From contig JAUCBJ010004977.1 of the NCBI GenBank assembly GCA_032718475.1, forward strand, positions 1 to 32,041: a DNA stretch of 32,041 nt, given 5' to 3'. Both the position numbers and the translations under genes were made by a program. The notes under the pieces were generated by a model. The model had not been told where the DNA came from. It saw only the letters and a program-made list of their open reading frames with translations, and ran no database searches. This stretch comes from Nemertoderma westbladi. Taxonomy: Eukaryota; Animalia; Xenacoelomorpha. Below are positions 20,860-31,695 of this stretch, one piece after another; position 1 is the stretch's first letter; each line of letters starts with the position of its first letter.

Positions 20860-21778
20860 CACCATGTCCCAGAATATAGTGTCGTAATTCAGTGACACGC
20901 CCCCCCCCCCCCCCCCCCCCTAATTTTTCTACAAATCGTAATGAGATTGCATGAAATTTGAAACAGAGATAGTTTCACCTCCCGACCACTGACTGGGTGA
21001 GCCAGAATTTTTATTTTTGCTTTCAATCTTTAGCTACAAGCGTTTAAAAAAGTGTCTCCAGCGATATTACACCAGTTACACCGCAGTTATTCTTCTACCT
21101 TATAGCTGTTTGTTGGTACCAATGGAAAGCTGGTCATGCAAGGATTCCAAATATGTAACACAATTTGAATTTCGTTGAAAAATAGCTGAGATATGAGCGT
21201 TCAAATGTTGCATGGTTATGCACCGGCGTGAGGCTATTTTATTCTATTTAATAAATAAACCATATTCTGGAACATTTTTTAAATGTATGAATAGCTACGT
21301 AATAGTATGATTAAAGATGTAATGCATTGTTGCCCAGCTACGTATTTGGATAAACAAAATATTCCAGATTATGATGTTTATTTATTAAATAGAATAAAAT
21401 AGCCTCGCGCAGGTGCATAACCATGCAACATTTGAACGCCCATATCTCAGCTATTTTTCAACGAAATTCAAATTGTGTTACATATTTGAAATCCTTGCAG
21501 GACCAGCTTTCCATTGGTACCAACAAACAGCTATAAGGTAGAAGAATAACTGCGGTGTAACTGGTGTAATATCGCTGGAGACACTTTTTTTAAACGCTTG
21601 TAGCTAAAGATTGAAAGCAAAAATAAAAATTCTGGCTCACCCAGTCAGTGGTCGGGAGGTGAAACTATCTCTGTTTCAAATTTCATGCAATCTCATTACG
21701 ATTTGTAGAAAAATTAGTGGGGGGGGGGGGGGGGGGGGGGTGTCACTGAATTACGACACTATATTCTGGGACATGGTG
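20860..21778. mobile_element. Tc1/mariner-type fold-back MITE with ~400-bp arms and TA TSD
   Basis: TA|CACCATGTCCCAGAATATAGTGTCG ... CGACACTATATTCTGGGACATGGTG|TA. Arms ~20860-21262 and ~21372-21778 are near-perfect reverse complements, including mirrored poly-C/poly-G. No ORF. Confidence 0.9.
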
Positions 21779-21907
21779 TATTTCAGTAATCAGGGTACAG
21801 AAATGTGATGCATTAGGCAGTTAGTGAAAGCCTACTCAATGTAGGCCTATGTAGGCTTCTAGGCTAAATGTTTGCCAAACAAAAAAAGTTGAATAATTGT
21901 TCGAATA

Positions 21908-22167
21908 TCACATCAATGTTATTGTTAATATCACAGCAACAACTGCGGCCAAGACGACTCCCCCAAGCTTCTCTGCAGAATCAGTAGTAATGGTGGACGC
22001 CTTGGTTGTAGATACCGGTACTGACTGACTTGTTGTTTCTTCTTGTACGAAGAAATCTCTGTGGGTCCAATCAACCAAGTTGTTGGCTCCCATGTAGTTG
22101 TTCTTCCAGGAAGGGAGAGGCATTTCCCGGCATTTCTCTGTCCCGTTGCAACAAATGACCTGACAAC
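21908..22167 (-). CDS. Probable last coding exon of a host cell-surface (GPI-anchored or tail-anchored) protein
   Basis: Acceptor TTTGTTTTACTGTAG|GT (phase 1); GCQVICCNGTEKC, Ser/Thr-rich stalk, DSA, then a hydrophobic C-terminus GGVVLAAVVAVILTITLM*. Confidence 0.7.
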
Positions 22168-23254
22168 CTACAGTAAAACAAATAAACATGTATAAGAAAC
22201 TTTTATACTTTCCATTTACTGTTACTGTACACAATGTCACAAAAATAATGTTTATTCAGAGCATTCAGAAGTTGTAATTGTTCAAGAGGCTGTTAAAGGA
22301 TTCCTAAAGCTTGATAATACTGGTAAGTAAGTAAGATAATACTAGTAAGTTGAGTTGGCCTATGTCATCTCTACTGTAGTAGTAGTGTGGGTCAAACACA
22401 TGTAGGACAGGGTCTTAAACATATAAAAAAGATTTCATAAAAATAATTGTTGTCGAGCAGTCGAGGCATTTGCGATCCCGTTGGACCCATGCATTTATAA
22501 AGTAACACTCGATTATTTAGCAGTGTAATTTGAATAATTTTCAATTAGAGAAAATATAAGCTGAAATCTAAGCCGTCATATTGGACGTAATCTATTTCAT
22601 AATTTAGCCAAGCCGCAATCTTGGAACATTGAATGAAGTAGGTTTAGACAAGCACTACGTCACTTCTAAACTTTAATAGTTTCAAAGGACCTCATGTGCT
22701 GGAGCAACTTGATATTAGTAATTTTATTTTTACTTTATTACATTTTATGAAATTCTATCTTTGATACATTCGAAAATAGAAAGAGCACAAAAAATAACAC
22801 AGGGTACTTAGATAAAATGGATTTTAAACAAAATTAGCCACGCGTTGCTTTTCTATAAGTAAATACCCGAAATTATTGAAGAAAATTGACGCGAAATTAA
22901 ATACTCATTTCTTATTAGATCAGCCGATGGGATCAGGTATCATGTCGTCTACCGGTAGGTTAGGTAACCTCTCAATTCTGAATTATTCTTATACAGATTA
23001 ATTTGCTTCAGGAATTATATCTGTTTATTGTTAATTTTCGCATATTGCTACGGAAACTAGCTATAATTATAATCGTATAATTTAAAAAAAATCGTATAAT
23101 TTTAAAAAAATGTTCTATAAATGTTAAAATTATACTCTTTTCTTATAAATTGCTCTGATACGGGATTCTAGAAAATATACATTACATTATATTTAATACA
23201 AATTAATGTAGTGGCATAAGCTATAGTACAATAATAATACAAAGACAAATATAA

Positions 23255-24328
23255 ATGTCTTATACAAACAGATTTCAAAGTGTTTCTGTTGAAAGACAGA
23301 ATTATTTAATAGATAATAGAATTAGCAAAAATACCAAACTTGCTACGAGTTCTCATATAGCGATACTACAATCGTATCTGAAAGAAACTGGTAAAGGAGA
23401 TCTTTCATCATTGAGCAATGACGATCTACCTAGTTTGCTCTTTGAATTTTATTCAAATATTCGAAAGGAAGATAATTCTTTTTACAAACTCACCTCACTG
23501 AAAGCCATCCGTGCATCTTTAAATAGACATTTCAAAATCGAGCGCAATATTGATATAGTTAGCGATAGTGAGTTTAGTCGAGCTAACCTGATGTTTACGG
23601 CGATGAGTGTAGAAACAAAAAAGCAAGGAAAGGCCGTTATAATGAATAAGGAGCAAATCATTGAAGAAGATCTTATAAAGATAAAGGAATACTTCACAAT
23701 AGATAAAACTCTTTGTGAACCTAAGAAGCTTCAGCAAAGTGTATTGTTCTATATACTATATTTCTTTTGTCGCAGGGGAAGAGAAAATCTCTATGGAATG
23801 ACTAAAAGCACTTTTGCTATTCAAGTAGACCATTCCACTGGATTGCGCTATTTAGAACAAGCAGTGGCTGAGCTTGATAAGAATCATGGCCCCAGTGACA
23901 CGGCTGTTGCAAACGAAGGGCGGCTTTATGAAAACCCTGACGACGATCAATGCCCGCTGCACTCATATGAGTTGTATGTATCAAAGCTAAGTTCGCAAAG
24001 TGCTTGTTTGTGGCAGAAGCCACGCCAGAAACCACAAGTGAGAGACAAAATGTGGTATGAAGGAAGGATTGTTGGACGCAACACATTAGCTGGATTTATG
24101 ACCAATCTCTGTGTTAACTTAGAGCTTAGTCAAAAATACACCAACCACTGCATTCGTGCCACCTGCATTACACATTTAGACCAGGCAGGATTTGAAACGA
24201 GGCATATTTGCGCTTTGACCGCGCACAAGAACGAAGGAAGCATTCGGGCATATGCCCCTAAATGCTCTGAAATTAAAAAGAAAGAAATGTTTGATAGCTT
24301 GTCATCTGTCTTCTCAAAAAAAACGTAG
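23255..24328 (+). CDS. Crypton tyrosine recombinase (DUF3504 / KCTD1-ZMYM-QRICH1-related family)
   Basis: YK.TSLKAIRASLNRH, FFCRRGREN, KNH, CP...Y..Y.SK, WY...VGRNTL..FM, YTNHCIRATCIT.L, TAHKNEGSIRAY. The R-K-HxxR-H-Y catalytic set appears complete. Confidence 0.92.
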   Translation: MSYTNRFQSVSVERQNYLIDNRISKNTKLATSSHIAILQSYLKETGKGDLSSLSNDDLPSLLFEFYSNIRKEDNSFYKLTSLKAIRASLNRHFKIERNIDIVSDSEFSRANLMFTAMSVETKKQGKAVIMNKEQIIEEDLIKIKEYFTIDKTLCEPKKLQQSVLFYILYFFCRRGRENLYGMTKSTFAIQVDHSTGLRYLEQAVAELDKNHGPSDTAVANEGRLYENPDDDQCPLHSYELYVSKLSSQSACLWQKPRQKPQVRDKMWYEGRIVGRNTLAGFMTNLCVNLELSQKYTNHCIRATCITHLDQAGFETRHICALTAHKNEGSIRAYAPKCSEIKKKEMFDSLSSVFSKKT

Positions 24329-24809
24329 AATAGACAATATCGACAACTTTGCTCCTGAAATGGATATCCATGTCATTGCCAATGATGATGATGAATTGCT
24401 TGTCGCGGCTCTTGAAGAAGTAGAGAGTGTTCGACATTTAGGTGGAGGACAATTTCTCAATCCAGGTTTCAGGGCGTTCACTGGTGCTGGAGATCCTGGT
24501 ATACAAGGTGTTGGAAGACAAGGATTCCGTGGTGTAGGAGGGTCAGCCTTCACAGGTGTTGGTATAGGTGTACAGGGTGTTGGAGGTCCAGGATACCCAG
24601 GTGTTGGCAGTCAAAGATTTCGTGGTGTATCAGGGTCACCCTTCACAGGTGTTGGTCTAGGTGTACAGGGTGTTGGAGGTCCAGGATACCCAGGTGTTGG
24701 AGGCTCAGGGATAAACTTTGGTTTGATGAGGAATTATAATTACCCGTCTACATTTCCTCCACCTATTATAAATAACTCAAATGTCAATATAAATTATTAC
24801 AAAATATAG
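24316..24809 (+). CDS. Probable C-terminal extension of the Crypton protein (Gly-rich repeats), offset by a one-base shift in an A8 run
   Basis: Removing one A from 24316-24323 gives FSKKRRIDN... through to PPPIINNSNVNINYYKI*, an Asn/Ile tail of the kind I recognise at Crypton C-termini. 93-nt internal repeat at 24547/24640. Confidence 0.65.
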
Positions 24810-25019
24810 CTTGTATCGGTGTAATTTCATTAGGCGTTTTTCTTCGTAATAACATTAAAAATACTATAAAATGATACAGTATAATATGCTTAACATACTA
24901 TTTAACTGTGAAATAATAAATTAAATAACCATGTTGTATTAGAACTCATCCTAAAAATTGGCTTTAAACGCATACACTACGCTAGTAGTACTTCCAATAT
25001 GCTCAAATTAACAATAAAC

Positions 25020-25254
25020 ACAATATTGCAATGTTCTAGAGTTAATATACGGAAATAATAACCTGAAGCGAATAAAACTGAATAATAACTTCTGCCTTAT
25101 CCTTCAGCAAATTAACCTAATATAATAACCTCGGCCTGCGGCCTCGGTAATTATACAGGTTAATTTGCTTCAGGAACGGCATCAGTGATTATTCAGTTTT
25201 ATTCGCTTCAGGTTATTATTTCCGTATATTAACTCTAGAACATTGCAATATTGT
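25020..25254. repeat. 235-bp palindrome at the Crypton right end
   Basis: ACAATATTGCAATGTTCTAGAGTTAATATACGGAAATAATAACCTGAAGCGAATAAAACTGAATAAT is perfectly inverted. Centre is CCTCGGCCTGCGGCCTCGG. Confidence 0.92.
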
Positions 25255-26343
25255 ATGTATATTCCATTCTCGAGCGACAATAATTATAGTTCATCACATG
25301 TTCTCACTTATTTTTAGCGGTTGATATATTGTATATCACACCGGTTGATATACAGTTAGCTATATTCGAAAATTATTTGAAACTTGTATTACTAATTAAT
25401 TGCGTTTTTTTAATTACAAAAATGATATTATACTAGCTATAGATTTCGCGATTTTTTATATTTTGTATACTACAATAATATGTTCGTTATTAAATATAAC
25501 AAAAGTTCTGGAACAATTTTCTGGAACATTTTTTATATACTACTACTAGTACTACTACTAGGATCGGCATGCTGCATTGCAACTTAATTTTTAAGAACGC
25601 TGTGCCGGCTTGTCGACAAAATTGCACCGCCACAACTCCCTATCACCCATGACATTTGCTAGATTATCCGCATCTTCAAGGCCAATGCCTTTGTCCTTTA
25701 AGATGCGTCTCAAGAAAGTCATGGGCTGTCCACCATGCTTATTCACTTCATGAGGCTGCCAAAGTACAAGATTATGCACTGGCTGGTCCTCACGGCAAAA
25801 GCAATGTCCTGCAAAGTGGAGGCGATTTTGTTCTAGTGTCAAGCTTGGGGGAACCAATGAGACACCTCCAATGTTATATAGTGTCTGGTTGGAGATGTGT
25901 GCATTGTACTTGACACAATGAACCCGGCGTAGCATTCTTGTGAATGTGCCATCCCTAGATTTGGTGTCCTCAGCAGTTAGAGCCCAGCATGGACTCCCAT
26001 AGAGGAGTACTGGAACTACTGCTGCTCTAAATAATCGGACCTTAAGTTTCCGATTAATTCTCGGTGACTTCCAAATCCTGGAAAGCCTATTCAAGGCTGC
26101 CCATGCCTTTCCCTTACGTATTCGAAGGTCCTCACCTGACTTCCGGATCCATGATGCCAGGTAGCAGAAGTCGTCCACATGCTCAAGCATAACATCCCTT
26201 TGTGCTTATGCTCATCCGATCAGAGACTTGCTGAGGACTTTCAAAGTTAACTGTCAAAATTTTGGACTTTCTGGAGTTAATAAAAAGACCAACACTAGAA
26301 GCAGCATGTTCTAATGAGCTGAGGAGCCGTTGGGCTCCCTCTA

Positions 26344-26679
26344 TATAACGGTGTCATTGTCTGGAACACGCTAGACATAGATATTAAACAAAGTAAATCG
26401 AAAAAATCATTAGGAAGAAAATTAAAAAATAAACTAATAAATGAGCCCCCCGAACTGGTCGTTGATAGCAGTTGACAAAACTAGCTTCGGCTACTGACAA
26501 CTACTATCAGTGCACTATCATTATCAACATTCAAAAACTAAATCCCTTTAATATAAATTATTAAATTATTAAATGCTTACCCTGCGAATTAAAAATAATG
26601 CAATTATTGTTATAATTAATGTGTACGACCACTTGGTATAAATAAAAATAAATAAATCTCAAATCTCAATCTCTCAAAG
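26344..26679 (+). mobile_element. 3' fragment of an L2/CR1-group LINE inserted in the RTE
   Basis: YNGVIVWNTLDIDIKQSKSKKSLGRKLKNKLI ORF2 C-terminus, CTAGCTTCGGCTA hairpin, AATAAA and (AATCTC)n tail. Removing it restores RTE LSESL-EGAQRLL. Confidence 0.7.
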
Positions 26680-26877
26680 TAGTGATTCTGAGAGTACTCC
26701 TAAGTCATCAGCAAAGTCTAGATCAGTTAGGTACTTGGCAGGATTTCCTCGACTTCTGGAGCCAGTAGGTGGAGTTATGAAATTAAAGACGTATTTATTC
26801 ATACATATGAATATTTTCAAATATAGCACAACATATAAGGAATATTCGTCGATGTCGATGTTGCAATATGTTGAATA

Positions 26878-27070
26878 ACTCTGACTGATAAAATATGCGG
26901 AACAAATGAAACTGACTGGTAAAATATACGGAACAACTGATGATAAAATATACCGTTCAACCGACTTATTAATTACTTACAACTGATAAAATATACGGAG
27001 TAACTGACTGATAAAATATACAGAACAACTGACTGATAAAATATACGGAACAACTGACTGATGAAATATA
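26878..27070. repeat. ~26-bp minisatellite in the LINE 3'UTR
   Basis: Repeated ACTGACTGATAAAATATACGGAACA units. Confidence 0.85.
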
Positions 27071-27115
27071 AAAATTAGAAATAAATAAATAAATAATATG
27101 TAAAATCTAAAATTG

Positions 27116-29700
27116 TTATTTAGTTACATCTCTTACTCTGTTGAGCGTCATTAAGAAGAGGGCAACCCATAGAGATGACTGGAATTGCGGTATATTGCGG
27201 CATGACTGATAATGTTGCACTGATGTTGCAGGCTGGTTGCATAACCAACATTTACATAAGTCAGATGGGCGCCAACATGTCTCATCCTGACAAAGCCTGT
27301 TGTGACAGCCATTAGAAATTAGCTGGCCCGCAGCGCGTTGTCGGAAACCAGATAGGCCGCCCAGGTTGACGTCACTATGAATATGTGCTTCGTGGTTGTC
27401 GAGGTATCCAAGTATTGCAGACGGCGAGGCATATTTGGATAAACCGCACCAGTATTTCCAAAATAGGGCCCTGATCTTATGGATGTGTTCGAGTTCAGCT
27501 ACCTCGTGTTCCTCGACATAGATGTTACAGCCGTATATGATCGCGGGATATACAACAGATGACCACAGGCGTCGGGCTGATTGCATGGAAATGCATTTAA
27601 GGACAACTTTAGTGGCGACCCGGACACAGCTAACGACACCCTTGTTGTACAGATGTTTCATATGGCCACCGGACCCTCCTTTCGTAGAAAGCACCACTCC
27701 TAAGTATTCGAATGAGTTAACAAAATCTAAAGGCTCTCCGTTGTAAATTAACTTGTCTCCAATGCACAGCCTTCCGCCTTTACGAAATTTCACTGCTTTG
27801 GTCTTCTTGATATTTACTTCTAGGTCATTTTCCTTGCAATATTCATAGAGTCTGTTTAGGCCTTCTTGGACATCCTTGATTGTCTCCCCTGCAATGACTA
27901 AGTCGTCAGCATACATTATGACCCAAATAGCAGTATATACGAATAGCGACGAATATACTGAACAATAACGGCGATAGTTTGTCCCCCTGGATTACGCCCA
28001 CCATTTGAGCTATTGGTTTCAAGATATATACTCCGATTACGATGCATACATAGTTTACGGCGATCAAGGACCATATAACTGTAATAAATTTCCTGCTGAC
28101 ACCGAATTTGGAGAGCTTCCTGCATAACGTTTCCCGATTCACAGAGTCAAAGGTTTTGTCAAATCAACAAACACACAATATAGATGTCCCCCTGTTGGCA
28201 ATAATGCCTCTTTGATTCTTCTGTGGATAAGATTTACCGCACTTAAGGTCGATCTTGCTTTTCGAAACCCGAATTGTTCATTGGGGAGCACATGATTAGA
28301 CTCCGCCCAAAGATAGAGTCTCGCATATAGGATAGCTGTATAAGTTTTTAGCAGGCTACAAAGTAAAGCGATACCCCTGTAGCTGTTCGGGTCAGTTTTT
28401 GCCCCCTTCCCCTTGTAGAGCGGGATGAGGTAAGATGTGAGCCAGTTGAGAGGACATGTTGCCGTAGCAAAACATACTGATAAAAGCGTAAATATAAAGG
28501 GCAAAATGTGTCCGAAGCCACACTTTAGCGCATCACTAGTCACACTGTCTGGACCTGCGGCTTTATGAGATTTCTGATTATTGACTGCTTCTGTTACTTC
28601 ATGGTCTTCTATTGGTTTGTCAAGGTGGGGATCGGGTTGGGCATCAAGAGTCGGAAGTATTGGTAACCTTTTAGCAGTCAGTAGTTTCGAGAAGTGTTTC
28701 TCCCATTCCTCCTCTGGGACTTGTTGTGCCACTGATCTTGGCTGTGGTTTGGACCGCATGATTTCCCAGAAGGATTTTAAATCGGATTCACAACGATCGA
28801 TAATCAGTTGTTCTTTCTTACTTTCGAATATTCTTCTCTTTGCTCTGATCAGGTGTTTGTAATCTCTCGTTAGTGACGTATGGTGTTCTCTGTTCTCCAG
28901 TGTTGGCGTGGCAAGGAGTGTGCGATGGCATTTCTTCAATTCCTGATTGGCAATGTAGCACTCACGGTCGAACCAAGGCTTCGATTTCCTCATTTTCTCT
29001 GTAGATGTTGAGGTCGCAATTGATGTAGTGATGTACTTGCAGGCGTGTTCGACACCTCGGCTAAGTGCGTTCTGGAAGTCAGATAAGTGTAACAGGTTTC
29101 CCAATCTGTCCGTGTTGATTTTCCGAATTGCAGGGACACATGTGTCGCGCTGGGTTGTCCTTTGGTTTTTAATTTCAATCAGCACTCGCTCGTGCTTCGT
29201 GTTCAGTGCAGCTTTTACTGTGACATTGACTGGGTCTATAAAGTCTTCTTCTGAAAACACTAGATCGATTGTGCTTCTTCCATTCCAGGATAGGTAGGTA
29301 GGAATGCTAGAGTCCGATAAACAAATGAAGCCGGCTGCTTGAAGACCGGCGCATAGTAGCTCCCCCCGATCATTTGGCGCTCCTTGGTCAATCCTGCAGT
29401 TCAAATCTCCAGCTATAAAGGTTGTGTAATTCGATTTCGCACGAATACAGTTAATAGCTGCCACCAGTTCAGACAATATGTCTTCGACATCGTACTTTGG
29501 CGGGAATTAACAGCAGAGAAATACATATTGTGCTACTTCAATGGCGAGCGCTGTAGGACTTGAGAAAATCTGTTTTTGAGAGGATCCTACCCTGGTGTTT
29601 ACTGCGATTGTGATTCCACCATGGGGCCTGCCGCGATCAGCTTTCTCGCAGGGAACGTTGTGACAGGTGTAACCATCTATTGTTAGATCAGATTCCATCG
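27116..29700 (-). pseudogene. LINE ORF2 (APE endonuclease + RT + C-terminal CCHC), disrupted
   Basis: GRPHGG, GDLNCRI, PTY...GRSTIDLVF, KPWFD.EC, KAAGPD, NSYRGIAL, QFGFRK, GVIQGDKLSPLLF, YADD, YLGV, CWLC......HYQSC. Stop at ~29507 and frameshifts near 28150 and 27940. Confidence 0.9.
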
Positions 29701-29870
29701 TTTACTTTCGCTATGTCGCCAAGAGCAGCGACGAATAGGGTGTTCATCGTCATTAGACGATCCGAAAATAGTTGCTCGTCGTCGTTTGAGACACTCTTTT
29801 TCTGCTTAATCGACCTTACGAGGTCTATCATCTCATTGTGAACGGCTGAAAATTCTGTGGCTCCAGTCAT
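29700..29870 (-). pseudogene. Probable N-terminal stub of ORF1 of the nested LINE
   Basis: ATG ~130 nt from the TSD-defined 5' end; helical peptide that runs abruptly into the middle of the endonuclease domain. Confidence 0.45.
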
Positions 29871-30045
29871 AGTTTATTCCTGTATTCTGTTGATTCTGAG
29901 TATAAAATCACAAGTAATAAATACAAATAATATTATAATGACGGTACCGGTATGACATCTGCTTTATACAGTTGACCCTATCCTGCTATCAGCCTATAAT
30001 GGAGTTATCATCACCCCATCATCATTATAATGATCTAAGGACATG

Positions 30046-30209
30046 CGTAGAACAAAGTCAACCACAATTATGAACAAGAATGGTGCTAGTGTGTCTCCCT
30101 GGGGGACGCCCGATAACAAATGGTTCTCGTAGAACAAAGTCAACCACAATTATGAACAAGAATGGTGCTAGTGTGTCTCCCTGAGGGACGCCCGATAACA
30201 AATGGTTCT
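30046..30209. repeat. 82-bp tandem duplication frameshifting the RTE RT
   Basis: 30046-30127 and 30128-30209 differ at one base. Confidence 0.92.
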
Positions 30210-30856
30210 GTGTCACAGTCAACAGTAGGCCTAGACACAAATGTTGTCGAACCATCGTATACTGATCTAATTGCTGCAATAATTTCATCAGGAATCCCAT
30301 ATAATGAAAGTATGCTGAACATACGTGAGCGAGAGACTGAATCAAAGGCCTTGAAGAAGTCAACAAAGATAACAGCCAGATGCCTGTCTTTCTTTTTTGA
30401 TAACTCTTAAATTATCCTTCTAAGTGCCAAAATGGGCTCTATGGTCCCACGACCTTTACAAAACCCATTTTTATTTCCACGGAGCAGTCTCTCAATGGGA
30501 TCCCTGATGCGATTTAATAGAATTCTATTGTATAGCTTTGCAGCAATCGAGATCAATGAGATTCCCCGAAAAGAACCATAGAGTGTTAGGTTGCCCTTCT
30601 TGGGAACTGGCACCAACTTATTTGTTTTCATTTCTTGTGGGACTCTTGTTGTTCGGTACATGTCTACTATTATTTTTTATATAATAGCGAACTTGTTCTT
30701 GAATAAAACAAAGAAGCAATTCCAAACATTCTTAGGTGGTGTATAGTTAATCATTCTTCCATTGTGTAAAATAATCAAAGAGTGATATACGATATATCAA
30801 CCTTCGGCAAATAAACTTTGTATAACACTTTCTGGGACAGGCGATAATCAAAGTAT

Positions 30857-31695
30857 AAAGTACTTTTTGGTCGACCAAAAAGTCGACTTATTGGTCGACC
30901 AAAAGTACTTATTGGTCGACCAAAAAGTACTTTTTGGTCGACCAAAAAGTCGACTTATTGGTCGACCAAAAAGTACTTTTTGGTCGACCAAAAAGTCGAC
31001 TTATTGGTCGACCAAAAAGTCGACTTATTGGTCGACCAAAAAGTCGACTTATTGGTCGACCAAAAACTACTTATTGGTCGACCAAAAAGTCGACTTATTG
31101 GTCGACCAAAAACTACTTTTTGGTCGACCAAAAAGTACTTATTGGTCGACCAAAAAGTCGACTTATTGGTCGACCAAAAAGTACTTTTTGGTCGACCAAA
31201 AACTACTTAATGGTCGACCAAAAAGTCGACTTATTGGTCGACCAAAAAGTACTTTTTGGTCGACCAAAAAGTCTGGAAGTATTATCCAATAGAAAACATA
31301 TATATAACTATTTTGGAGGTAAAATCAAATTACTGTACCGGTGTACATAAAGCTTTGTTAAACACATTGATCGCTAGGCCTACCGGTACCTAGGATATTA
31401 ATCCTTCATCATGATAGTGTTACGGTTTTAAATAACCACCTAATTCACTTAATGTAATTTGATTTTGCCTCGAAAATAGTTGTATGTTTTCTATTGGATA
31501 ATACTTCCAGACTTTTTGGTCGACCAAAAAGTACTTTTTAGTCGACCAAAAAGTCGACTTATTGGTCGACCAAAAAGTACTTTTTAGTCGACCAAAAAGT
31601 CGACTTTTTGGTCGACCAAAAAGTCGACTTATTGGTCGATCAAAAAGTACTTATTGGTCGACCAAAAAGTACTTTTTGGTCGACCAAAAAGTCCC
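30857..31695. mobile_element. Fold-back element with arrays of palindromic TTGGTCGACCAA units; right end CCC|TTAA (Kolobok-like)
   Basis: Arrays at 30857-31272 and 31511-31695, plus unique inner inverted arms (GTCTGGAAGTATTATCCAATAGAAAACATA at 31271, complement ending at 31512). No matching TTAA|GGG left end seen. Confidence 0.7.

Larger units (their letters stand above)
22443..25287 (+). mobile_element. Crypton DNA transposon (boundaries tentative)
   Basis: Tyrosine recombinase ORF, a short imperfect terminal IR ATAATTGTTGTCG (22443) / CGACAATAATTAT (25275-25287), and a subterminal palindrome. Confidence 0.6.
26779..29999 (-). mobile_element. RTEX-like LINE nested in the RTE, internally deleted
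   Basis: 9-bp TSD TGGAGTTAT at 26770-26778 and 30000-30008; AATAAA near the 3' end; EN-RT-CCHC ORF2. Confidence 0.8.
25540..30671 (-). mobile_element. 5'-truncated RTE-clade LINE, interrupted twice
   Basis: Segments 30000-30661 (VPVPKKGNL...FRGISL, AVIFVDFFKAFDS, GVPQGDTLAPFLF), 26680-26778 (LTDLDFADDL) and 25591-26343 (LEHVDDFCYL, VLLYGS..W.LT). (TAG)n-type tail. 12-bp TSD ATTTTTTATATA at 25528-25539 and 30672-30683. Confidence 0.88.

Noticed and set aside
23255-24328. Phage integrase/bacterial contamination, or domesticated KCTD1/ZMYM gene
   Set aside because: Motifs are Crypton-type, the ORF is intronless with catalytic residues intact, has no BTB/MYM domain and sits among animal TEs.
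30857-31695. CRISPR-like array, or repeat-protein ORFs (MVDQKVDLL...)
   Set aside because: The 'spacers' are short recurring palindromes, there are no cas genes, the context is eukaryotic, and the ORFs are artefacts of a stop-free repeat.
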